From NCBI GenBank assembly GCA_024704765.1, contig JAKMXF010000332.1, positions 985,080 through 1,049,079 of the forward strand: a stretch of DNA of 64,000 bases, given 5' to 3'. Shown one piece after another: positions 28,221 through 41,811 of this stretch (the stretch's first letter is position 1; every line of letters starts with the position of its first letter). Origin of the DNA: Oopsacas minuta (Eukaryota > Animalia > Porifera). The notes below the pieces were generated by a model. That model was not told the DNA's origin and ran no database searches. It worked only from the letters and a program-made list of their open reading frames with translations. A program made the translations under genes and the position numbers.

Positions 28221-29440
28221 AATATAATGTGCCGGCGTTAGGGATACTAAGCTAGAAAGTGCATATATTCGCATTTCCTGTCTTAATCAAGTATGAGTAC
28301 TGAATTTTCATTTACCTTCTATTACTGTGTATTTTTAACCTGTTTATATTGTTTAACTGCAAAGTGCATTGAGGCAGTATGTTCATAGGCTCACAAGTAC
28401 TATAAAAATATTATTATTGTTAGTGACTAACGAAAATTCGAAACCGTACGAGTATTCAAATAATCGTTCATTTTTGTCTATAATTTAGTTTATCATAATA
28501 GAAATGAAGATAATTATATTTAGCTATTATGATCTATTATCATTATTATCTAAATATCTACTTATGGATAAATGCACACATATGTGGTTCATTAAAAAGA
28601 ACATTCAAACGGATAATTTCGAATCTAACCAATATTCGTGTATTTTATATCGAAAGAACATTCGAACATTCTCTATTTTCGTTTTAGCCCTATATAAAGT
28701 AAAACCTCTATAAGTAGGGGAGATCGGGGCAACGAATCTTCTGATAACCCCAACTCCCCTTTATATTTTCGAATGCAAATATACTTTAACCATAGAATTT
28801 AAAGTTAATATCTATTGCTACTTCCTCTAATATCTACGCATATCTTCATTATGAGTTTAGTCAATACTTTCAGCCAACGATGGTTTTTCATGTGATATTT
28901 GATTATTATTAATGCTTTAAGGTTGTTGGTTTAATATACAAATTTGTAAGAAACTTCGTCTCATAAACCCAGATATTTCAATTCATTAAACGATATCTAT
29001 ATCTACCTGTTGTTGTACAATTTTATGACAAAATTTATAATTCCCGAGATCTTAAATTTTGTGAGCAAATAGAAATTTACGCAGCTATTTTGCGACCAAT
29101 CTTTGTCTGAAATTACAATTGAGTGAATCTTTTGATCTATCATATCCAGGAGTGAGAGGATCATTTCCCTGTTGATTATCCAATTAGCAAATACTCTTAT
29201 TCAAGTAATGTGATCTGATGAATCTCCTAATTATTGGAAAAGTAATATATGAAATTTGATAAATTGAGAGATCTAGGTTACTTCGCACTTCTTGTTGACA
29301 CAACATTTACTATAGTTGTACTTTGAGAAGTACAAGATGTGATGAGACAAATCGTTTATGAGTTTGTATTATTCCTACAAAGAAAAGTTTTTAAGTGATC
29401 TGCTGATCACTCCATTACTTGAATTTTATTATTTATATAG

Positions 29441-29701
29441 GTTGTTGAAGATGGTTATGAGTTTTACGCTAAGAGACAGCTTGTCACCCTATTCTCAGCA
29501 CCTAACTATTGTGGAGAGTTTGATAATGCTGGCGCTATGATGAGCGTAGATGATACCCTCATGTGTTCATTCCAAATTTTGAAGCCCGCAGATAAAAAAA
29601 AATTGATCGGGTACCAAGGATTCCAAGGTCGTCCTACGACACCACCAAGCAAAGGAGTTGGGAGAGGTGGTCCTCAATCCGCTAACCAAAAGAAAAAATA
29701 A
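29441..29701 (+). CDS. PPP1C: PP1 catalytic subunit, last coding exon (missed by the ORF track)
   Basis: After acceptor ttttattatttatatag, reads [86 protein letters not shown] (TAA 29699-29701). It continues exactly from RAHQ of the 3530-3979 exon and includes the C-terminal TPP motif. Confidence 0.97.
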   Translation, partial: VVEDGYEFYAKRQLVTLFSAPNYCGEFDNAGAMMSVDDTLMCSFQILKPADKKKLIGYQGFQGRPTTPPSKGVGRGGPQSANQKKK

Positions 29702-30499
29702 TAAGCTATTTTTGCAATATAGTATCCACGCAGAGCTTTTTGGAAAAATTGGTTTTCTTCATATTGCGAATTACACTCTAACGATTATTTATCTGATATT
29801 TATCTGATATTTATCTCCTATCTTATGAAATACTAATTAAATATATCTACTTGGAGTTTCTTATGACTTCAGCGCAATTCACTGGACTTTCCGGAATGTA
29901 GCTTTTTCGATTCTTGGTTGTTTATCCTTAGGCACCACATTGTAAATACTAGTACTAATCAATATTAAGTATAATTATTTAGTCATAACTCCTTCTATTG
30001 ATGACTAGTGCCCTGAAGTCTGGGTCAATTCGTGACCAGTGAAATGCGCAGAGACGCATATGCAGACAAAAATTACCAATATTCGTTTACAACTATACTA
30101 TTATTGGTATTTTGGAAAAAAGACAATAATTTGTCTAAACTACTCTTTCATTGGATGGAGAATAAAATAGTTCAAATGATTTTATCCTCCATTCAATTAA
30201 AAAAATAGGCGGCACCAGCTAAATTAACTTTTAAGCTGTTGAGTTAATCCTCAACGTGTCAGGTATAATCCAAGAAACCAGAACAATTTTAAATGTTGCC
30301 ATAATTCTCACTCTCTGTAGGTATTATAACCCAGCAGATCAACTTTTCAAAGCACATGTAAAATGAGGAATGTCATAATAATCGTAAATTCTAATGCAAC
30401 ATAAAATAACATTTGAAAGCACGCATTGTACTAATAGATTTGTGTTCTTTATGATTACTACATACTAGGTTGGTTCCCATTATCGAAAGTATTACCTAT

Positions 30500-33400
30500 T
30501 GTGTTATACAGGAAATTGCTTTGTAAGGATATAGAGACAGCGAAATGTTGTCATTCCACCACCTACTAGATGACTATGGATATTTTCCGAGCAGCTCTAC
30601 TACTGAAATTTATGGCGTTGATGAATTATTTAAAGAACATTTACTAACTGGATCTTAAAACGCCAAATATCAGATCCCAGACTTCCAAAATGAAATAGTG
30701 AATATATGCGGTAAATATAATACAACTATCTTCGTGAATGAAATTAGAGAAGCCAATTTTTTCAAAATTCTTGCTGATGAAACTGGAGATGTCTCTAATA
30801 TTGAACAATTATCTATTTCTTTGAGATACAGTATAAATCATAATTATTGCAACTCCATATTTGCTCGGTTATCATACTCTGTGCTAATTGATTATCATTC
30901 TATTTAATTCTAATATGAAATATGAATGTTAGGATCAATAATTGATCCTATAACCGTTATTTTCTAGTACCATCTGGCACCGGCGTGTCATTGAACTATA
31001 GTAAGGTTCGATCATTTCTGGGGTGATAGAATCCCAAATATCTCCTAGTTGTGCTTTCAGGTCTTTAATTGTCTTTGATCTATCTCGGTTGAGTTTGTAT
31101 TTCATCCAACCGAATAGATTTTCTATAGGGTTCATATCTGGACTTTGACTTGGCCAATCTAGCTGATTATTTGGCATATTTTCGGCCATCCAAGTCTTGC
31201 ACCTACGACTAGTATGTTTCGGGTCGTTATCTTGAATCTAAAACCACTCTGTGCCATGAAAGACATTGGCGTTCTCCAACAAATGCCACTTCAAAATCTC
31301 GACAAAGAAGTGTGAATCTAGATCTGTAAAAAATAAACAGACGGAAGGTGCTAAATGAGGAAAACGCAGCCCATATGGTACTTTTGCTGAGTGTTTGATT
31401 ATTGGTTGATAAATTCTCCTGGGACCTTTACACCACATTAGCACTCTACCACCATGAATCCAGAAACTAGCTTCATCTGAAAACACAGCTTGACACCAAT
31501 TTCGATCTTTGTTCTTTCTAGCCCACTCAATACGTGCCAGTCGATTTCTTTCAGTTAGCATTGGCACACGAATTGGATAGGGCTTTGAATAATCAAGCGA
31601 TTTAAGACAACGGTAGACAGTACTTGTGGAGATATTAATGCCACGTTTCTGGCAGATTTCTTCCGCTATTTCATGGCAGGGTTTTTGCCTATCATTAGAC
31701 ACATATTTGGTACAAGATAAAGCGATTTTCTTCCGTAGATTGTCTGGCCTACCAGCTCCTCTCTTGTGATTCAACGTTTCTCCTTTATTAAAACGCTCCT
31801 TTATTCTGTAAACAATTGTCTTGTTTACACCACACAGCTACGAGATTTCAATGGCAGAGGCTTTCCTCCCTGGAGTAATGCTAAACCTTGTTTCTAGTTG
31901 CTTCCTGGGCCATCAAGAGATCAAATCGATCTTAAGCGAAAAGAAAATCTAACTCAAAGATAAACATGGTTAGTAATGATGACGTAATCAGTAATTTGCA
32001 CTAAAATTACATCAAACATAGTCCAACTACATGTAGAACAAGAAGGAAGCTACCTAAAGTCAATATCTTCAAATCTATAGACTTGGTTTGATAAGAAGCG
32101 AAAGTTGCAATAATTATGAATTGTACTGTATTACAATTTATCATTTGTCAAGATTAATGAGAGATTTCTAAGTTATACCAAAGTGAATGATATTACTGGT
32201 AATGGAATTGGCTTTGACGGGGCTGCTAGCATGCTTGAGAAATTTCAAGGTGTACAAACAATTATCAGACAACTGTTTCGGCTTCAGTTTTTACTCATTG
32301 TACGTCACATGCTTTAGATCATTCATTTACTAAGTGTTCAACTATTCCAGATCTTAGATCATGCTTTGCGAATATTTATATACCTATAAATTTTTTCCCC
32401 CACACCACAAAAGCTTCCAAAGCAACAGATTAGTATAGAGGCGATTTTTTAACTATAAATTTTGCGAACATTGGTGACGATAATTATTTTGATTTCTCTC
32501 TAGATACCGAACCCAGAAGAACGTCGTATCAAACTTAAAAGAATATGCAAAACAAGATAGTCCGAGAGGCTTGATTTATCTGGTCACATTCAGGTGTATT
32601 TCTTGCTGTCGCAGCTGAATTTGAATACCTAACCCACAATTCACCACTGAAATAGCTGGAGTAGAGGACGGGCTAGCCATATCTTTGTGCCAATTCCCAT
32701 GCATCTTAAAGTTGTGTTTCCTAGAGAAGTTTGCCAGTGTTTTGTTGCCTGTAACTAAAGAACTCCAAACCCTGGAATGGACATTCTCACCGGCTGTGAA
32801 TTAATCGCCGAATGAGTATTGAGGAATGTTAAGTGGAGAACGTTTCGCGAAAGTATATGAGAATGCATCAGGAATTTTTTATTGTTGTATTCTGTTCGAA
32901 TATCCTGCTACTTGTAGATATTTATTGGTCTAGCACATGACGTAGGTACAATTATGATCATTCCTCGGATGGTGCGAAGTTCTGAAAGTGATGCAAATAT
33001 CTATTATCTTGATTAAGTCTGTCCCTTTTATGGAGTTTGTTTGTAATGAATTGAACATTAGATTCTTTTCAGAAAAGTTGTTTCTCAGTGAAATTCAAGT
33101 AACCATAGAGTTGTATGATATGTTCCTTGATACTTCTTTTCAGAGAGCTTAATTGAAAGTCAGCTTAACCAAAGGAGAATAATAGTCAACAGTGGATATA
33201 TACGATCCACCTGAAAATGCTGTAAATGTATTGCAACACTGTAGCCTTGGTTTTTCCCGGAAGTTATGTTGTATTACAGACACATGCAACAATTCCAGTG
33301 CCAACTGTACTGCTAGTGTTGAGAGAGGTTTTCAACCTTAAGAAGAGTTAAAACTATGTGATGCAGCACAATGGGGACAACGATTGAATGATCTTTCTCT

Positions 33401-33854
33401 ATTAGCTATATACAGTGATATGCTACCATCCACAGAAGAAGAGATAGATAGATTCATTGTGAAATCACGAAAATCTAAAATGAGTAATTAATGATATAAA
33501 TAATATATAATTTCATAAGAATAAAGGGATAATTACCACTTGTGTATGAATTTCAATACTAAACAGAATACGCCCAAAGTGTTACGAGCGTAACAACTCG
33601 CCATTGGCCAGCTTTTGTCTAGAATATCTCAACATTCCAGCCGAAATCTGTGTAATTTGAAGGTCAGTTATTGAAAGAATTCACCACAAATGGCCGAAGT
33701 TTAAACAAATTAAGAATATTATTCAATCCTGACTGGTAGTAGTTATGAGCTTGCTGTGTTGCCAACTTTAGCTATGTTACTGAAAATTAACAGTATACTA
33801 AATCCTGACGGGGGGGTGGTACGTGCCCCTGCGCTCCCCCTAGCTACGCCACTG
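30500..33854 (+). mobile_element. Decayed hAT (PRKRIR/THAP12-like type), interrupted by a Tc1-like element
   Basis: FQNEIVNICG, FFKILADETGDVSNIEQLSISLRY; resumes with GFDGAASM, THCTSHAL and TASVER. Right end reads CAGTGGCGTAGCTAGG on the reverse strand, ending at 33854; left end not seen. Confidence 0.75.
30829..32128 (-). mobile_element. Full-length Tc1-like element with DD35E spacing (frameshifted)
   Basis: TA TSD on both sides; 26-bp TIRs CAGTA(T/C)AA(A/T)TCATAATTATTGCAACT with 2 mismatches. ORFs 31238-31774 (GAGRP, FSDEASF) and 30935-31189; QDNDPKH...SPDMNPIE has 35 residues between D and E. Confidence 0.9.
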
Positions 33855-36284
33855 GTGAAAATCATGCGTGTACAAAAACATCTTAACACCATACAATCTG
33901 CCAATAAAATTGCCCGTATATGGATTTTGGAGATTGTTTGTGTAGATCTAAAGATTTATATTCTGATCTATTTCACTGGGCAACAGCATATTTACACATA
34001 CCATACTATTGACTTTTTCAAGCTAATTCCTGGCCGATTGAGCTCAAAAGCTGTATCCATTTTTGCACATCACGTTGAAATTTTTGTATATCAAAGCTTC
34101 GATATTCAGCCAAAAAATATAATTTCGCCCCAAGCTGCTGGAGTTGAATTACTATTGCTTGTTGTACAATTTGGTATATTTACTTAAGAAACAATAGGAA
34201 ATACAGTAATGAAACATAATCCATTAAATATTTTAACTGTGTATCATTTTCTGAATATATATTTAATTTTATTTAGATCTTATGATTTCATAAAATATAA
34301 TTTCCACAGTACTTTACACTAAATTATGTATTCATCTTCATAGCCTTTCGATTAGTAAATGAACTCATTTATGAGAAAACAACCCCTTTTGCCAGTTTAT
34401 CATCGATTTTTATATGTGGAATATTTCTGTTTTGGTGTGCGAGGGTAGATCGAACAGTTTCTCGAGAGATATTAGTTCCTTTGCCAATGCTATTCTGAGT
34501 GGAATTTGGTAGCTCACAATATGTATACGTAGTGTTGTCATGTAAGTAAATAATCCCAAATTCTGGGTTAATAATACCCAAGATGCTGAATCAAAAATTT
34601 AACTTTTTTCAATATGTGTAATATATTCCCTCTGTTATGGAAATTTTTAAACAAAATTCGTCATATCTCAAATTTTTAAGAATACAAGTTTGGGTTAATT
34701 TTTGAGAGTGGATTGTGTCAATAATTGACTATGTTACAATAAGATCACACGTATTATATTTTCACCTTATTTAGTTCTTGTTATGGCCTGGAAGATAGAA
34801 ATAACTAGTAAATTCCGATTATGAAGGTTCTCACATCGAACATAACTAGATAATACATCAAGAAGGTAATGTATAGGGCATCTCAAGCTTATCAAAGTAT
34901 TTGTTGAGATATTTTCTTTCATCACTTTCGATTCAAAAGGAATTTTTTCGAACGAAATTATTCTTTATAGTATAAATAACTGAGGTGATGAAGAAAAATA
35001 GATCCATTTATTCACCTTAACGCAAAAAACCTTCCCAGAAACAAAGGATGTTGTCAATTGTGTACGAATAATATTATTCTTGTAAGCCTGTGTTATTTAA
35101 GGCTTAATTAGCAATTTAGAGTTATCCCACGTCAGAGTTGTTAAATTTGGGGAAATAATGGAATTTTTCTTGTTACTACATGCTTGAAATCGATGCATTT
35201 TGGTTCCAAAGTACCTAAATTAATACTATATTTTTCTAAAATATGAAGGGTTTAAGCTTTCACACCAAACTATGTTGAATTGCTTTCTCTATTCTCATTA
35301 TTTTATCTACATTTAACTCCAAATTACTATAGATCACTCAATCCATATGTATAAGCTGTGGCTACGTGCATGTTTTTCATTGGTACCTTTGCTCACTTTT
35401 ACCAATGAATCGGCTATACTTGGCCTTCTGTTATTATGCTAAATGACTAAATTTTGCTCCCAGGCAGAGTAGATCGCCGACCACTGGCCAAAGTCTGAAT
35501 CAAAGAGCGTATCGCCTATATTGATTGATTATTTTTCGTTAATAATGGCCCTTGGAGGTGCAATTGAAGTAATCGAACCATTAAAATGTGATTAATGAGG
35601 GTTGGCGAATCATCTGTTTCAAATTTCCATTAACAATATTTATGACTTTTTGAAATATTCTATTTTGAAAAATTAACTTAGAAGTTCGCAGACTATTCGA
35701 TTAGGGCCATTTCAGTCACTTATTCGACTCACTTAGACTTGTCAGATTTTAACGAAATTAGTATCATTGGAAAGGGGAGAGTTGGACGTTTTATGCAAAT
35801 GTTTTAATTTAAATACTCTTTACTTTTAGTTACTTTTAGGTGAAACTATTTAGGGTCACGACACGCTTGGATTTACCCACCTAAAAGTTTGGATTCGATT
35901 CTGAAATTCTCTATGTATACTTCGGTGATATTGGCATTTATGAAACTTACTTTCCTTAAAAATATTAACACTCGCGGAGCTAGAGGAATTCAGATTTTAA
36001 GTCGGGAGTGAGAGTGGTAGGGAAGAATCATTTTATACACCAGTAGAGTCAGTTCAATTTCATGTTTCTTACCCTAAATCCGACTGAATTTCAATTATGT
36101 TCATACTATTAGATAATTCAGATATAGACGTTATGACAATATCGATATATTCGTGAAACACTAAAAATTATCAACAGCAACAGCCTACAATTATCAATAA
36201 ATTCTCTGCATGTTTGTGTGTTAGACAAATTCAAACTATGAGATCAATTCTTGAAGTTTTCTCTCTTAAGATCAAGTTTAGCTA

Positions 36285-38190
36285 TTCTGTGGAGGAGTTT
36301 GGGGTGTAAAGGTCCTGTATGTGAAAGGCGGTGAGGTCCGGGGAACTACACGGAGCAAGTTACGCGTAGTGGCTAAGGAAAACCTGTGGGCGACGTTAGT
36401 GGTCGTACATCATGAGCTTAGTCATGGGGCACGTCACAAGAACGACGGGTATTTCATGAGCCACGACTATCACGTGCTTCGTGCAGTAATTGTCCTCTTC
36501 GTAGCCCTCTGCGCCATCTGCCAAGCCAACACACGCAGGAAATCCATACTGAAAGTCATCCACAGACCTATCAGATCCTAGAATGCTGGTCATCCTGGCA
36601 GGCTGACCTTGTGGCCATGCAGACATGCCCAGCCAAGAACTATCAGCACATCCCAACTATCAGGACTGCTTCAGCCAATTTGTCATCCTGAGGCATCTCA
36701 AGTCCAAGTAAGTGGTAGTGGTAGCTGAACATCTGGTACAAATCTTCTGTTAGTATGGCCCGCCACTCATCTGGCATACGGATAATGGAAGAGAGTTCGT
36801 TAACAAGCATCTATTCACTAGCGTGCGCAGACTCTAGAGAAGTGCACACCCTTTGCAGGGAGGGCCAAGACCTGGGTTGATAAAAATAATGATTTGTTAA
36901 AAATAATTAAAAAAATCCGATTTTTTTATTTAAATGCTACGGATAGTGGTAATCTAATAGTTATAAATCTTTTGTAAGTGGTTGTTTGAAAATATACAAA
37001 GACTCAGGGTTGCTTATTAATAACCAGCTTAGTATGAACATTCGTTCATTATGAACAACCCCCACAGGTCCCAATTCTTCGGCTTACATAAGATTTGTAT
37101 TATGCCAAGTCATTATGAAGGAGTTCACAATACGGGACCCTGACTGTACAAATCATTTATTTGTATTTAAATCGAACATCCCTGCCGTCAAATGAATAGA
37201 TTTTCGATGGGTATAAATAATAATATCAGAATGGACATAAGATAATAAAAACATCAAAATATTGAATTTAAATAAGATATTTTGATAAAACTCGGATTTT
37301 TGATTTAAATCACTTTATTTAAATCCAACAACCCTGCCAAGACACTCACAGGACCAGGGAAGTGTGGAACGAACTAATGGTGATTTCAAGAAGCAATTAT
37401 CCGCCGTCTCATGCATGCGGGTAGAGGTGCCAATGAGTGGGCAAGTGAGTTACATTTGTTCAGTATGGTAAGAATAACGCATACCACTCGAGTATCTGGG
37501 CGACATCCATCTCTGTATACTTTAGGAGAACGCTAACTGATCTCAGTGTGGATATGCTACTGCCAAGCGAGGTACTTATACCTTGATGTTGAGGACCAGC
37601 TAGAACAGATGCTAGCTACCATACAGGTTACCGAGTATGCTCATACTCCGCATACACCTCCGCAACACCAACCCTATGCTATTAACCTCTCTTTCTCTAC
37701 AGGAACCTACTGATGAAATAGATATTGTAGCGAGCATCACACTAACTGATACTGCTCGAGCAGAGCCTTGCTCTTCCCACGATATCAGTACCTACCCATC
37801 TTGCACTACCTCCCAGGAGCAGGATGACACACCAGCAGACGACGCTGATACGGACGATCTCCCTACGACCCAAAGGCCTACTTACTCTGTGTTCGTCGAC
37901 GAACTAGAGCAGATTCCTACAACCTTACTGTACCTCCGCTGAACGGTACACAAGTTACACTGATATTTACATTACCTCAGGCCAGTCCAAGCCGATACCC
38001 TATGATCCATCCGTCTTACCTTTACCACCTGCATCTCCTATTCCTTACGCATCTGGCACCTACTTCCCTGACTATCCTCTCTATCCAGCCTGTGTAATAG
38101 ATGATTGCAACTGTACTATGAATTGCAGCTATCATAGACTGGATCCATTTCATGCTGACTGCCTGGACCGACTAGACGCGTACTGTAAGA
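36285..38190 (+). mobile_element. Ginger-like (KRBA2/SCAND3-type) integrase pseudogene
   Basis: HHCC (VHHELSHG...CAICQ), QADLVAMQ, YQDCFSQFVILR, HTDNGREFVN, PRHSQDQGSVER, FVQYGKN, an acidic linker, then C-terminal C...C..LDPFHADCL. Confidence 0.8.
36872..37336. mobile_element. MITE inserted in the Ginger-like integrase
   Basis: Ends C(T/A)GGGTTG...CAACCCTG with gatttaaat-type subterminal repeats, flanked by duplicated CCAAGAC. Removal restores GGPRHSQDQGSVER. Confidence 0.8.
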
Positions 38191-40694
38191 CTTCCATTGC
38201 GACATAAGTGTAAAATATATTTTCAAATGACACTTCAAAAATGCATACAGAGAGTATTGTATCCTCAAAAAATAACGAAATTGTATATACTGTATTCGGG
38301 AGGATATTTCGCATATTGACGTGCTTTACTTAAATTGTTAGCGCTGCGCGTAGGTCAAAATTACCATCTATGAAAGATAAGCCATGACCTGCGAGGGTAT
38401 ATATACACTGTTGTATTACTTAATTGTTTAGGTTATTGAACTCCAATGATAAATAGAAATTCGGTCATTTGCTTTTTGCCTCAACATCACATTATATCCC
38501 AAATCTCAGAGATATACAAAGGATATACCTAGAATTGAGCAAGGGATTGGGGTTATGGGGCAAAAACCATATGTACATGTCTTTAGAGCCTTTAATTTCT
38601 GATTATCCTCTAGCAGGAATTGTGTCTCGGCTACTCGCTCCCAAACAGATGGATGAATACCCACCGATTCGAGACTTGGACATCTAGTATCTGTCAGGTG
38701 AACTAGGTTAAATAATGGCAATAAATTCAGTTTCAAGTCATAAATTAGTAACCATCAATTGTTCATATGACAAATCAAGATATGATTTCAGTGAAGTGCA
38801 TTCAAATTGTGATTAGGGCCCATTTCCCTCAATCAGGCCCTGGCTGCGAAGTTTAGAATATTTCATGACTCGAAATGAAGAAAATATAAAATGAAAAACC
38901 TGAAAAAGAAGTTAAAATTTCAATAATACTGTGAAATAGGATTCACTTTGTGAGATCAATTAAGTCAAGTTTTATTGAATTATGTTCATATTATTAGAGA
39001 AAGTCACATATATATATACAGAATATTTCAGAATCACGAAATTCAAACTATAGTATCAGTTTTCATTTCTTAGACAATGGATGAAGACTAATAACAACTG
39101 AGATTTTAGAATATAGATTACGTCTATTATCTGTCAAATATCGTGGAGTCACCCACACAATGACAATCAACTATTGAATGTGTGGCAGTTGGACCTTCTC
39201 TTCTGTAGATACTTTTGGATTCGGTTCAAAATATTGCAACAATTGCGTACGTTAGCATTAATTAATGTTTTCGGTCCCTCAGGGTTGCTGATAAAATTAG
39301 TGGGTGCACTTGGGACACACCTCAGTACCTGTCCGAAAAAGACTTAAAACAAAGTGAATCTATCTACATAACACCCCAGATAACACACAGATACTTGATA
39401 GCAAGCCAAGCGAATGCCAGACGCTTGTACAAGTACTCAATCCAGGAGTACTCATTGCCATATCTTGACCCCCTACTGAAATGTATAAAGAGCATCATAC
39501 TGATCACCACGTGGTTTATAATAGTATATGCTATGAAATAATATGATCAATGATTTGCCTTCAATGATTGGTTATGCTTCAAAAAGGTTGGTTCGTGAAA
39601 GGAATATTGCTCAAGTTAATATTGTGACTCAATGTTAAGCGCATTGCAAGAGTAAACGTATTAAAATGATCAGTGAGGCTAATATTAGGAACAGGTTGAG
39701 GCGGAACGTACACATATTCAAGAATGATATCTGAATCAAACTGACTTATACTATCCATTTGCAGTTGATCTAAATCATCAATGGGATCATCTATTGTTTA
39801 GTTGCAATTAGAAACTTGATTGCATATATTTACTGTTTGAACCTCATTTGGAGTCAACAAATTAACATTGGCTTATGATCATTAAAGTAAGATCATAGAA
39901 ATCAGACAATTCCAGTAAGAAGTTAATTGATAAACAGTGCAATTGAGAACAATAATTAATTGAAATCCCAGATATGGCTAGGGTAAAACCATACTATTTG
40001 GTGTCGTTTCAGATACATCTACATTGAATTCACCTGTAGTTATGTTTTGAATAGTTGCGTATCATAATCATGATTCTATCAAATTCAGATAAAAGTTGCA
40101 CTAATGGAGCACGAGGTGATCTGTAAACTGATATCAGTACCATTGGTCAATCTATTAAATTTGACTCATCAATTTCGATCATATCTCAATCATTGCACCG
40201 TTTTGGCAAATAGAATGAATGGATATTAATTTACAACTAGCTAGATCAAAGAGTATATATGTGTATCAGAACTAGACATGTAGCTATGCCATCTATGCAG
40301 CCAATAAGAAAATGACCTGGGGCCTTATTAACTAAAATTCTAAAAAATTTCTTAACTTAATCTTAGTGTATTTCTAAGAATAATTCTAAGAATTCATGAA
40401 ATAGTCTTAGTTTTCATTATGAATTCTTAACTTGGCTATACTTAACGGGTTCTAAGAATAATTCTTAGACTAATTCTTAGAATTGGGTAATTCTACTGAT
40501 TGATTCTTGCTATTGATTAGTAAAATTTATGACAATTTATTCAACTTCAATCGTTTTTTTGAGAAGATATAGGCATAGTAGAAAATAACATCCTTATACT
40601 TGTATACTTGATTTATCATTAATCAGATAATTGCCCCATCCAATAGAAAAGGATATTTATTGCATCTCTCATTTGTGTACTATTGTATTAACTC

Positions 40695-41735
40695 ATGGCC
40701 TCGCTTTTTGTTCTTTTGGAGCTGGAAATAGGCAGTTTACGACGCCAGAGAATTTTTCGTGACAGGTTAAACTCTCTTGAGGCGTACACAGATGTAGAGT
40801 TTATTTCTCGTTATAGAATCAGAAGAGAAAGGTTCTTAGAATTAAATGATAAAATTGAGACTTTCATTTCTCGATCTACAAGGCGATCTCATTCGCTTTC
40901 GGTGACAACTCAATTAGCGGTCACTCTTCAGTTTCTAGCTACGGGGAGTTTCCAAACTGTGGTTGCATCAGTTCATGGAATTTCCCAGCTCTCTGTGTCA
41001 AACTGTGTTAGAGGTGTAACAGAGGCATTATGCTCTATTGCGAAAGACTATATACAGTTTCCAACTGCTGCTAGACAGATGAGCTTGCAGCATGGATTAT
41101 TGGGAAAGTTCGGGTTTCCTAAAGTATTAGGTTGCATAGACGGCTCACATACCCCAATTGTTGTCTCTAGCACCAACGAAGCAATTTATGTTAATCGTGA
41201 AAGTTTTCATTCAATTAAGGTCCAAGTGATATGTGACTATATATTCAAGTTTATTGATGTAGTTGTGAAGTGACCAGGCAACACACATGACGTGTTCCTA
41301 TGGAGGCAATCAGGGATCAATCTTAAGATCGCCAGTAAAGAAATTCCAATTCTTCATGGGTGGTTTCTCGGCGATAGTGGTTATCCGTTGCCCCGAATTT
41401 AATGACTCCATTACTATCTCCTGTACAGCTCGCGAAAGAAGGTATAATCGTGTTTTCCTGAAGACTCGAAAGACAATTGAATATACCTTTGGAATATGGA
41501 AGAAAAGATGGAGATCAATGGACGAGACTGGTGGCAATTTGTGCTATAGCCCAGGCAGGGTTTGAAAACTACTCTTATCTTCCATGATACCTCATAATTT
41601 TTGTATTGATTGCGGTCTTCAAATTGAAATTGAAAACTTGGAAAGTGAGATGCCCTACACCGAAACAGACTATACTGGACATTCAGATAATGCGATTTTA
41701 GTTCGAGAAAATATAATTATAAACTATTTCACATG
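40695..41735 (+). pseudogene. Harbinger (HARBI1-like) transposase, inactivated
   Basis: LQFLATGS, GCIDGSH, HSIKVQVICD, then TGA in place of W (K*PGNTHD); frameshifted downstream (FLGDSGYP-like, IEYTFGIWKKRW). Confidence 0.88.
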
Positions 41736-41811
41736 ATATAGGAAGTTTAATTAATAAACTGAGCACATGAATGAATTAGGCTCTGATTTACTTATAGCAT
41801 AATAATATTTA

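Larger units (their letters stand above)
3980..29440 (+). other. 25,461-bp GT-AG intron of the PP1 gene, filled with transposons
   Basis: Joining 3979 to 29441 gives contiguous in-frame PP1 (RAHQ|VVEDGYEF), with canonical donor and acceptor. Confidence 0.93.

Noticed and set aside
33756-34187. 143-aa ORF
   Set aside because: It starts at a non-ATG codon, crosses a hAT terminus and has no recognisable motifs. The other short ORF-track entries outside listed features were rejected similarly.
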